A DNA stretch of 64,000 nucleotides, from positions 8,594 through 72,593 of the forward strand of contig JBCDAZ010000002.1 in the NCBI GenBank assembly GCA_039184655.1. The letters are read 5' to 3'. The notes under the pieces were generated by a model. The model did no database searches, was not told where the DNA came from, and worked only from the letters and a program-made list of their open reading frames with translations. The translations under genes and the position numbers were made by a program. This document shows, one piece after another, positions 56,343 through 64,000 of this stretch (position 1 is the stretch's first letter; each line of letters starts with the position of its first letter). The DNA comes from Pseudomonadota bacterium. Lineage in GTDB: Bacteria > Pseudomonadota > Alphaproteobacteria > Rhodobacterales > Rhodobacteraceae.

Positions 56343-58967
56343 TTACCCCGTTTTCTTGCTGGGCGGGTGCTGGCGGTTCGGGGGCAAAGCAGGACGCAAA
56401 ATCGTCTCGAGCCGGCCGCCTGCGATCCGGAAGGCCTGGTCGCCCTCCTTCGCCAACTCCACCTGGGCGGACCCCAAAAGGATAGCGGCATCGGGCAGAA
56501 CCTGCCGCAGGGTTTTGCGGATCGCGACGCTTTCGGCCCCGGCATCGTCGAAAACCCCGTCCAGCACCAGCAGCGCCGGTTTGCTGAGCAGCGCCCGGCC
56601 CAACCCCAGCAGGCGCCGCTGCGTGGTCGACAAATTGTTGCCGCCAAACGCGATTTCGGTGCGCAACCCGGCCTGCAGCACGAAACCATGCAGATTGTGC
56701 TTAACCAGCCCGGCATCGAGCCGGTCTTCCAAAGCGGGCTTCGCATCGCGCCGGTCGAGCCTGGGCCGACCGCGCAAGATGTTTTCGACAAGCGGCAGCC
56801 CAGGCACATAGCCGTCGGCGTCAAAATAGGTGAACCGCGCCGCGGCGCGCCCGGCCTTCGGCATCGCCGCCCGTACGGCCTTACGCGCGGCGACCAGTCG
56901 TGCCCGGCGGGCGGGATCGTCCAGAATGCCCAGCCTGTGACGCTGCGGTATGATCTGCAGCGCCAACATGGTCAGCTTCGTGCGGTCTGCGCGGCCGAGC
57001 CGCCGCGCCCCGCGCCGGGCGCGCGATACGATCAGCGCATACTCCTCCCGCTCGGACGGCTCGATCAGCCCGATTTGATCCAAAAGCCGGGTGTCCTTGC
57101 CCAGGCGCGCAGTCAACCCATTGAGAACCCGCGCAGCTTCAAGGCCGACATCCTCGACCTCGTCCAGAACCCCCGCCAGCCGCAAGGCACGACACAACGC
57201 GGCATCGTTGGCCATCCGATGGGCCGAGATCGGCGCGTCCGGGACTCCAAAGAAAAGGTTCTCGGCTAGGCTGTAATTTTCCAGGTAGCGCGTATGATCC
57301 CAGCCTTCGACCAGATCGTCGAGCGCTTGATAGAGCTCCGGCTGCGCAATCGAGGCCCGAGCATTCAGCGCCGTTGCCACCAGATCCGGCTCGCGGCCGG
57401 GATCGATCGAAATGGTCAGGCCACGGGCGAAGAGCTCGCGCTCAAGACCCAGGGCTGTCAGGATCTCCACGGCGCGACGGTCGAATTCATCTGCATCGGC
57501 AACGCCGGCGCGCGGATAATCGACCCAGTCGAGATCCGGGCTGTCGGGCAGATTGCCCGTGGCCCGCGCTTCTTTAAGTCGGCGGGCCCAATCCGCGGGC
57601 CGCGGCCCGGCGGGGTGATCGCCGATCAGCCCGTAGGCTATGTTCTCGCGCAGGCTGCCGCGCAGCATATGCGGGGTTCGGTTGACATAGGCGATGTCGC
57701 GGGCGGCCCGGGCCAAAAGCACCGGACTGTATGTCTCGCCTTTGCCAAGCGCGGTCACTGCGCCCAAGCCGATGTCGCCCCTGCGCGGCGGCAAGAGCCC
57801 TGCACTCAGCCGCATCAGCTCCGGCCGCCCGCTCTCCTCCTCGCCGATCACAACAGTCGTCTGTCCCGGCGCCAGGGTCATCGACACATCCGCCACCAGC
57901 GCCGCCGGTGGTTCGCCTATCCCAACGCCACGAAAGGTGATGACCTGCCCATCCAGGGCGACGGGGTCCGGCGGATCCTCCAGCGGCGCATTTCCGAAGG
58001 CCTGGACCACCGCCTCGTAGCGCGCCGAGACATCCGACAGGGTCTGATAGTAGTTGAGGAGCTCGCGCCAAGGCGAGGCGATGTCCTTATAGGCGGCCAG
58101 GATCGCGACAAGCGCGCCAAGATCCATGCGGCCCTCGATGACCAGATAGCCACCAAAGGCGTAGAAAACAAAGGGTGTTATATTGTTGAAAATATTGTTT
58201 AGGAACTTGATCGCATATTTGAGAAGAAAAATCCGATAGCGATAGTCGAAGTTGAAATAAAGACGTTCGGAAAGACGGGCAAGGTGCCATTTCTGTGCGC
58301 CTGCCAGGCGCATCTCTTCGATGCCTGTGACGGTTTCGGAGATATCAGTCGTCATCTGGCGCACATTGCGGATACGCCTTTGGACCAGCCGCACGACGAT
58401 CCGTTGGATTTTCGGGATGATATAGGCCTGCACCGGAAACAGGATGACTGCGGCAAAGCCCAAAACCGGGTCTTGCGCCACGATGAAGCCCAGATAGACG
58501 AGAAGCTGGCCGCCCATATAGACGGGCGTTGCGATGATCTGCCCCGCAAAGCCGCCGATCGGTTCGACTTCGGCCGTGACGACCTGGACCACCTCGCCCG
58601 GGCTTACGCTGCGTATGCGGCCCATGGGCAGGCGCGAGACCCGGCTGTAAATCGTAAAGCGCATCCGGCGCAGGATGCGCTCGCCGGTCAACCCCTTGGT
58701 GATGTTGATGTAAAACTTCACGCCGTTATTGGCAAAGATCAGCAGTAGCAGCGCGCCGCAAAGCAAAAACAGGTAGGGAAGCTGCTCGAACGCAAAGCCG
58801 CCGAGAAAGTAAGGGAAGGCCGATCCGCCGAGCGCTTCGTTTACGATTTCCTTTGGCACATAAAGGCTTGCCAGGATCAGCGGGAAGGACAGGAAGGAGG
58901 CAAGAACGATGTAAAGCTGCCAACGCCAGGAGTAGGCCCAGACGAAATGCAGCAATGTGCGTTCCAA
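56343..58967 (-). CDS. ABC exporter-like protein: 6-TM type I exporter domain fused to a non-canonical nucleotide-binding-like domain with a ~330-aa insertion
   Basis: TTG start with GAGGAG 8 nt upstream. Six predicted TM helices in aa 1-300. Walker A position reads GEEESGRPE (57822-57872), the Q-loop position NRTP, the signature position LSTTQRR (56613-56633) and the Walker B position LLVLDGVFDD. Confidence 0.8.
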   Translation of the reverse strand: MERTLLHFVWAYSWRWQLYIVLASFLSFPLILASLYVPKEIVNEALGGSAFPYFLGGFAFEQLPYLFLLCGALLLLIFANNGVKFYINITKGLTGERILRRMRFTIYSRVSRLPMGRIRSVSPGEVVQVVTAEVEPIGGFAGQIIATPVYMGGQLLVYLGFIVAQDPVLGFAAVILFPVQAYIIPKIQRIVVRLVQRRIRNVRQMTTDISETVTGIEEMRLAGAQKWHLARLSERLYFNFDYRYRIFLLKYAIKFLNNIFNNITPFVFYAFGGYLVIEGRMDLGALVAILAAYKDIASPWRELLNYYQTLSDVSARYEAVVQAFGNAPLEDPPDPVALDGQVITFRGVGIGEPPAALVADVSMTLAPGQTTVVIGEEESGRPELMRLSAGLLPPRRGDIGLGAVTALGKGETYSPVLLARAARDIAYVNRTPHMLRGSLRENIAYGLIGDHPAGPRPADWARRLKEARATGNLPDSPDLDWVDYPRAGVADADEFDRRAVEILTALGLERELFARGLTISIDPGREPDLVATALNARASIAQPELYQALDDLVEGWDHTRYLENYSLAENLFFGVPDAPISAHRMANDAALCRALRLAGVLDEVEDVGLEAARVLNGLTARLGKDTRLLDQIGLIEPSEREEYALIVSRARRGARRLGRADRTKLTMLALQIIPQRHRLGILDDPARRARLVAARKAVRAAMPKAGRAAARFTYFDADGYVPGLPLVENILRGRPRLDRRDAKPALEDRLDAGLVKHNLHGFVLQAGLRTEIAFGGNNLSTTQRRLLGLGRALLSKPALLVLDGVFDDAGAESVAIRKTLRQVLPDAAILLGSAQVELAKEGDQAFRIAGGRLETILRPALPPNRQHPPSKKTG

Positions 58968-59050
58968 AAGGTCTTACTCCTCAGCCCCCCGTCAGCTTAG
59001 CCGAGGCGGCCGCGGATGGGCAATCGGTCTTCACCAGGCCCCGATTTTGC

Positions 59051-60598
59051 CTATCGGTCGGTCTCCAGCTGTGGCGATCGGCGTACGCCGCTTGCGCTAT
59101 TGGCAACGATGGGCAGCGCAATGGGTTGCAAGGGCGGGCGGTAGGTACGCTGGCCTTCGATCAGCCAGAACAGCAGGTTGTCGCCGAAAACGGCACTTTG
59201 GGTCAGGGCCACATGCTCTTCGGGCAAAAACAGAACCGAACTCCACTTCAGCGGCGTGCGCAGGCCGAACCGGTAGGGTGCGCCCTGCCGCTCGTCGAGC
59301 AGCGAGGAGGCGCGCAGCACCACCCCGTCACCCTCTTCAAAACCAGTAACGCGCAAGGCGCCGGTGGCGGGATCGACCTCGGCCGTCGCCGGGGTCGGCT
59401 GGCTGCCGCCGATCACAAGATAAAGGTTGATGCCCTCGGGCAGCGCCTCCACTGGCTGGTCCAGCGCTGCGTGCAGCTGTTTGGCCCGCATCAACGCCTC
59501 GGCCTGAAAGGCAAGCGCGCGACGCTGTCTTTCGGCCGGTTCCGGCACATCGGGCATCCAAATGGCAAGCTCCTCGGCGGCATCGGGGTCGGCCAGCCCC
59601 CAGCCCAGCCTTTGCCACAGCAAAGGGTCGAAAATATCCTCGATAGGTTCTTCGCTGTCGGCCCACAGGACGCGTCTATGTCGGTTTCGCGGCAACAGCG
59701 CGTAGGTTGAAAAATGCGTGCCGACCAGCGCTGCCGAATAAAAGGGCTGCAACGGGCCCAGTGATTTGCCGTTGACCAGGTTCTCCAGCGCAGTAATCGA
59801 CCCGGCATTGGGCGGGGCGATCAGCACCACATTGTTAAAAAAGGCCGTGCCCGCCCAGGTCAGCTCCGGCAGCGACCCGTCCTCGGGAAGATCCTGAGTG
59901 CCATACATCAGGTAGTAGCGCGCGATCAACGTGCCCATGGAATGGGCGATCAGGTTGAACTTTACCGGCCCTACATGGTCGACAGTAAAGGCGGAGCGGA
60001 GAGCCACCTGCTCGGCCTTGCGTCGAACATGGCGGTCCAGATCCCGTACCAGGGTGACCAGATCCCGCCGCCAATCATACGAAAAGGGAAAGGAGTTCGC
60101 ATCGGCCGGCGGTATCGGCGGCGCGACGGTCTGATCGCCCCGCGCAATCGTCAAAGGGTCCTCATGCGATATCCAGCCGCCAAGCTGAACAGTCTCCCGC
60201 AGCCGGCTATAGACCTCGACCTCCACCGGAACGCCCAAAACCTCTGGATAGGCACGCTCCAAAACGCCGGCAGGCAGCACGCTGTCGCGCAAATCCCGGT
60301 TCGGCGTGCTGCCGTCGCCCACAGGAAGGGCCAGCAGCCGATAGTCGACAGGATCGCTGGGGATCACCGACAGCCCGTCGCGGCGCCCCCAGACCTCGGT
60401 TCCGGTCTCAATATCGACCAGCCGCGATCCCAGCGTTCCCGGCAAATTGATGATCGGCAGACGCTCCGGCCCTTGGATCTCCGCCGCCTGGCCATAGATC
60501 GCTCTGAGGTTGGGAACCGCCTGCGGGACCCCGCAGCCGACAAGAAGCAGCAAACAAGGTATCCAGAGGGCGACGGGGCGACGGGTCAGACGAGGCAT
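59051..60598 (-). CDS. Lipoprotein, alpha/beta-hydrolase of the LCAT/PGAP1-like lipase family
   Basis: Lipobox LLLLVGC. Nucleophile elbow [14 protein letters not shown] (GxSxG type). About 515 aa. Start chosen at MPRLTRRP; the longer 60811 start would overlap the aspS promoter and start. Confidence 0.65.
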   Translation of the reverse strand: MPRLTRRPVALWIPCLLLLVGCGVPQAVPNLRAIYGQAAEIQGPERLPIINLPGTLGSRLVDIETGTEVWGRRDGLSVIPSDPVDYRLLALPVGDGSTPNRDLRDSVLPAGVLERAYPEVLGVPVEVEVYSRLRETVQLGGWISHEDPLTIARGDQTVAPPIPPADANSFPFSYDWRRDLVTLVRDLDRHVRRKAEQVALRSAFTVDHVGPVKFNLIAHSMGTLIARYYLMYGTQDLPEDGSLPELTWAGTAFFNNVVLIAPPNAGSITALENLVNGKSLGPLQPFYSAALVGTHFSTYALLPRNRHRRVLWADSEEPIEDIFDPLLWQRLGWGLADPDAAEELAIWMPDVPEPAERQRRALAFQAEALMRAKQLHAALDQPVEALPEGINLYLVIGGSQPTPATAEVDPATGALRVTGFEEGDGVVLRASSLLDERQGAPYRFGLRTPLKWSSVLFLPEEHVALTQSAVFGDNLLFWLIEGQRTYRPPLQPIALPIVANSASGVRRSPQLETDR

Positions 60599-60809
60599 CG
60601 AGGCGTTCCTTGCACAGCGCGTCGACGCTAGACGGGCCGGCCGGTCACGGACAAGGGCTAATGCAAAACCGCCCCTGGCGGAGGATGCCGCAGAGTTCGG
60701 GGCGGCCTTGACATGGGACGATCGGCGCGCTTTTTCGGCGGCGGCGGGTCGGCCCGGTTGGAAGGCGGCGCGCCGACCCCGCATCCGCTGCAGAAAAAGT
60801 GAGACTGTC

Positions 60810-62615
60810 ATGCATGCCTACCGCACCCATAGCTGTGCCGGACTGACATCGCACGATGTCGGACAAACTGTGCGCCTCTCGGGCTGGGTTCACCGGGTGC
60901 GCGATCATGGCGGGGTGCTCTTTATTGATCTGCGCGACCATTATGGGATTACCCAGCTGCTGGCCGACCCAGACAGCCCAGCCTTCCATGCGGCCGAAGC
61001 GGTGCGCGCGGAATGGGTTATCCGCATCGACGGCGAGGTCAAGCGGCGCGCCCCGGAGCTGGCGAATCCCAAGATCCCGACAGGCGAGATCGAGGTTTTC
61101 ATCCGTGACTTGGAGGTGCTGTCGGCTGCGGCCGAGCTGCCTATGCCGGTCTTTGGCGATCTGGAGTATCCCGAAGAGACCCGGCTGACCTATCGCTTCC
61201 TCGATCTGCGGCGCGAGGCGCTGCACAACAATATTGTGCTGCGCAGCAAGGTGATCGCTTCGATCCGTAACCGGATGACGGAACAAGGGTTTGCCGAGTA
61301 TCAGACGCCGATCCTAACCGCGTCGAGCCCGGAAGGCGCGCGAGACTTTTTGGTGCCGTCGCGACTGCATCCCGGCAAGGTCTATGCCTTGCCCCAGGCG
61401 CCCCAGCAGTTCAAGCAGCTGATCATGGTGGCCGGCTTCGATCGCTATTTCCAGATCGCGCCCTGTTTTCGCGACGAAGACCCGCGCGCGGATCGCAGCC
61501 CGGGCGAGTTTTACCAGCTCGACATCGAGATGAGTTTTGTCACGCAAGAGGATGTGTTTCAGGCCATCGAGCCGGTGATGCGCGGCGTCTTCGAGGAGTT
61601 CGCGCCGGTCGATAGGCATACTGGCGCCGCCTGGCCGGTCACGGCCGACTTTCCGCGCATCGCCTATCGCGACGCAATGCTCTGGTACGGCTCGGACAAG
61701 CCCGACCTGCGCAATCCACTTAAGATGCAGATCGTCTCGGCGCATTTTGCCGGCTCGGGCTTTACGATCTTTGCCAGTCTCTTGGAGCAGGATGGGCATG
61801 AAGTGCGCGCAATCCCTGCACCGGGCGGCGGGTCTCGGGCCTTTTGCGACCGCATGAACGCTTTTGCGCAAAAAGAAGGCCTGCCCGGCATGGGGTATAT
61901 TTTCTGGCGCGAGGAGGCGGGCGCGATTGTCGGCGCAGGGCCGATCGCCAAAAATATCGGGCCGGAGCGGACCGAGGCGCTTCGCCGACAGCTGGGCCTG
62001 GATGCGGGCGATGCGGCGTTCTTTTTGGGCGGCAAGCCCTCGGGCTTCGAGGCGGTGGCCGGCAAGGCGCGCAACGAGATCGGGCACGCGCTGGGCCTGA
62101 CCGACGAAAAGCGGTTCGATTTCTGCTGGATCGTCGACTTTCCGATGTTTGAACGCGACGTGGAAACCGGCGAACTCGACTTTTCGCACAACCCTTTTTC
62201 GATGCCGCAGGGCGGGCTGGCCGCGCTGCATACGCAGGATCCGCTGACGGTCCTGGGCTATCAGTACGATATCGTCTGCAATGGGGTGGAGTTGAGTTCG
62301 GGCGCGATCCGGAACCACCGCCCGGAAATTCTCTACAAGGCTTTTGAGATCGTCGGCAAGGATGCGGCTTTCGTGGACAGCAATTTTGGCGGCATGGTCA
62401 GCGCCTTCAAATTCGGGGCACCGCCGCATGGCGGGATCGCGCCGGGGATCGACCGGATCGTGATGCTGCTGGCCGGTGCCGAGAATATCCGCGAAGTGAT
62501 CATGTTTCCCATGAACCAGAGGGCAGAGGATCTGATGATGGGTGCACCGTCTGCGCCTAGCAATGCGCAAATGCGCGAGCTTGGCATGCGGTTCCTGCCC
62601 CGCGACGACGGTTAA
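60810..62615 (+). CDS. aspS: Aspartate--tRNA ligase
   Basis: Reads [13 protein letters not shown]...[26 protein letters not shown], with class II motifs [19 protein letters not shown] and [14 protein letters not shown]. Confidence 0.95.
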   Translation: MHAYRTHSCAGLTSHDVGQTVRLSGWVHRVRDHGGVLFIDLRDHYGITQLLADPDSPAFHAAEAVRAEWVIRIDGEVKRRAPELANPKIPTGEIEVFIRDLEVLSAAAELPMPVFGDLEYPEETRLTYRFLDLRREALHNNIVLRSKVIASIRNRMTEQGFAEYQTPILTASSPEGARDFLVPSRLHPGKVYALPQAPQQFKQLIMVAGFDRYFQIAPCFRDEDPRADRSPGEFYQLDIEMSFVTQEDVFQAIEPVMRGVFEEFAPVDRHTGAAWPVTADFPRIAYRDAMLWYGSDKPDLRNPLKMQIVSAHFAGSGFTIFASLLEQDGHEVRAIPAPGGGSRAFCDRMNAFAQKEGLPGMGYIFWREEAGAIVGAGPIAKNIGPERTEALRRQLGLDAGDAAFFLGGKPSGFEAVAGKARNEIGHALGLTDEKRFDFCWIVDFPMFERDVETGELDFSHNPFSMPQGGLAALHTQDPLTVLGYQYDIVCNGVELSSGAIRNHRPEILYKAFEIVGKDAAFVDSNFGGMVSAFKFGAPPHGGIAPGIDRIVMLLAGAENIREVIMFPMNQRAEDLMMGAPSAPSNAQMRELGMRFLPRDDG

Positions 62616-62668
62616 CGCTCCGCGATGACAGCTGGCGTTCGACGAGGGCCGCGAGCGGTTTTGCGCAC

Positions 62669-62760
62669 GCCCCGTCCAACCCCGTCCGGCCCCGCCTTGT
62701 CCCGCGCCCCGTCCGGCCCCGTCCTGTCCCGCGCCCCGTCTTGTCCCGCGCCCCGCCGCG
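62669..62760. repeat. 27-bp tandem repeat, ~3 copies (CCCCGTCCGGCCCCGCCTTGTCCCGCG), intergenic after aspS
   Basis: Two full copies (62680-62706 and 62707-62733, 2 differences) plus partial flanking copies. Confidence 0.85.
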
Positions 62761-63040
62761 GTCGGGCGCGACTTTATCGGAAGCGGTCCGGATCTGAGCA
62801 CAGCCTGCCGCGACGAGACCGGATTGCACCGGCTGTTGACTATGCGCTGTCAGGGCGGGTCGGGTACATCGCCGATGGTTTGGCTGCGCGCCGCCGCCCC
62901 TCTGGCGTGCTTAGGACCCTCTTTACCGCGCTAGCCCTTCGACTGGGTTGATTCCTGCATGGATCCAAAATGCCCAGACCGGCGATCGCACAGACCCACT
63001 CTTTCATCGGGCTATCGGTACTTGGGAAAATTTTTCCGGG

Positions 63041-63132
63041 GGCCCGTCTTCCGTGGGCCCGTCTTCCGTGGGCCCGTCTTCCGTGGGCCCGTCTTACGGG
63101 GGGCCGTCTTACGGGGGGCCGTCTTACGGGGG
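63041..63132. repeat. 15/16-bp tandem repeat x6 (GGCCCGTCTTCCGTG x3, then GGCCGTCTTACGGGG x3)
   Basis: There are two sub-families of three copies each. The second sub-family contains the self-complementary CCGT-CTT-ACGG. Confidence 0.9.
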
Positions 63133-63294
63133 CGCCATTCTTGGGCAGTGCCGCTGTTTTGCGAGGTCTCTGCGCGACCGGGTTTCACTTTCAGCGGGCC
63201 TTGTCTAACCCTGGCCGGACAACCGTCAGCCCAGTTGCACTTTATTCGCCCGCTTGCTCGCGTAGACGGTAGGAGGCGCGGTTTGGATCACCTG

Positions 63295-63420
63295 CCGCCC
63301 GATGCGTTGCGGCCCGATAGCGCTGCGGCCCAGTGCGTTGCCGCCCGATCTCCTAATACCCGATGCGCTTAAGCCCGATCTCCTGCCCCCCGATCTTTTT
63401 TGATCCCCGACAGCGTTAGG
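63295..63420. repeat. Degenerate short-period repeats built on a CCCGAT core
   Basis: CCCGAT(G/A/C) recurs at least 6 times at roughly 12-25 nt spacing; the units are too diverged for an exact copy count. Confidence 0.6.
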
Positions 63421-63463
63421 GGCTTTCCTGCTCGGAGCGGCCTGCACCGACGGCGCGTGGGTG

Positions 63464-64000
63464 TCAGCGCAGCTGCGAGCGGATGTTGCTGACAGCTTGT
63501 TGGGAACGGTGCGACAATGACTGGATCTCGCTGGCGATGACGGCAAAGCCTCGTCCGGCCGGACCGGCGCGCGCAGCCTCGACCGAGGCATTCACCGAGA
63601 TCAGGTTGATCACGCTGTTGATATCGTCGATCTCCGACACCGCCGAGGTGATCAGCGTCTTGTTGTCGCGTCCTGCCTCATCTTCGCTGGAAGCAATAGC
63701 TGCGTCCAGATCGCTCATGACCTGCGCAATCGCTGGCGACACCTCCTTGATTTGCCGCGCCAGAATGTCGCGACATGTTGCGCCTAGCGCAGACTCGCCA
63801 TCGGACAATTTGACCGCTTTGCCCAACTCCGTAAGCATGGATGTCAGACAGCGCTGGGCCGACGCCGCGGACGAGTGCAGCGCTTCGGGCACCGGCTTGT
63901 CGAGCTTTTGAAAGTTCATTTCAAGACCGCGGCCCAGAAGCTGCTTAGCTTCCTCGAACTGGGCGACGATACGTTGCAGCAGTTCCGTCTCTGCCCTGCG
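63464..64000 (-). CDS. Methyl-accepting chemotaxis protein (signalling domain), 5' end beyond window
   Basis: The highly conserved MCP hairpin tip reads INLISVNASVEAARAGPAGRGFAVIASEIQSLS. The reading frame stays open to position 64000. Confidence 0.8.
   Translation of the reverse strand, partial: RRAETELLQRIVAQFEEAKQLLGRGLEMNFQKLDKPVPEALHSSAASAQRCLTSMLTELGKAVKLSDGESALGATCRDILARQIKEVSPAIAQVMSDLDAAIASSEDEAGRDNKTLITSAVSEIDDINSVINLISVNASVEAARAGPAGRGFAVIASEIQSLSHRSQQAVSNIRSQLR

Noticed and set aside
63041-63132. Possible CRISPR array, at this array and at the 27-bp array (62669-62760).
   Set aside because: The repeats are directly contiguous with no unique spacers, the units are only 15-27 bp, and there are no cas genes in the window.
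62948-63208. An 86-aa ORF encoding GPSSV/GPSYG repeats.
   Set aside because: It is simply a translation of the 15/16-bp tandem array. The array period is not a multiple of three throughout, there is no ATG start or Shine-Dalgarno sequence, and two other frames are also open across the same repeats.

Overview
High-GC (by eye roughly two-thirds G+C) alphaproteobacterial chromosome segment, Rhodobacterales/Rhizobiales-like in gene content. It is densely coding, and I found no rRNA, tRNA, CRISPR, integrase or transposase. Housekeeping genes: addB-addA-trxA, folC-accD, ilvE-like, qor-like, hisF-hisE, ftsK, mutS, aspS and a liv-type amino-acid ABC operon. They are interleaved with accessory content. 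(1) An rkp-1-like capsule lipid module: two divergent KpsS-type genes, an SDR, a ~2470-aa fully reducing type I PKS and an alpha-oxoamine synthase. (2) A second capsule module: kpsE, kpsT, four glycosyltransferase-like genes and rfbBA. (3) A peptidoglycan-binding lipoprotein next to a secreted caspase(C14)-Sel1 protein. (4) A translationally coupled three-gene operon: an ABC-exporter-like protein whose ATPase motifs are all degenerate and whose helical subdomain looks triplicated, a stand-alone cNMP-binding protein, and an MBL-fold hydrolase with a class-II phosphodiesterase-like motif. An LCAT-like lipoprotein lies just upstream. The window is also peppered with 12-27 bp tandem repeats, some in frame inside addA, accD and mutS. 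All calls rest on motif reading of the supplied ORF translations; no database search was possible.
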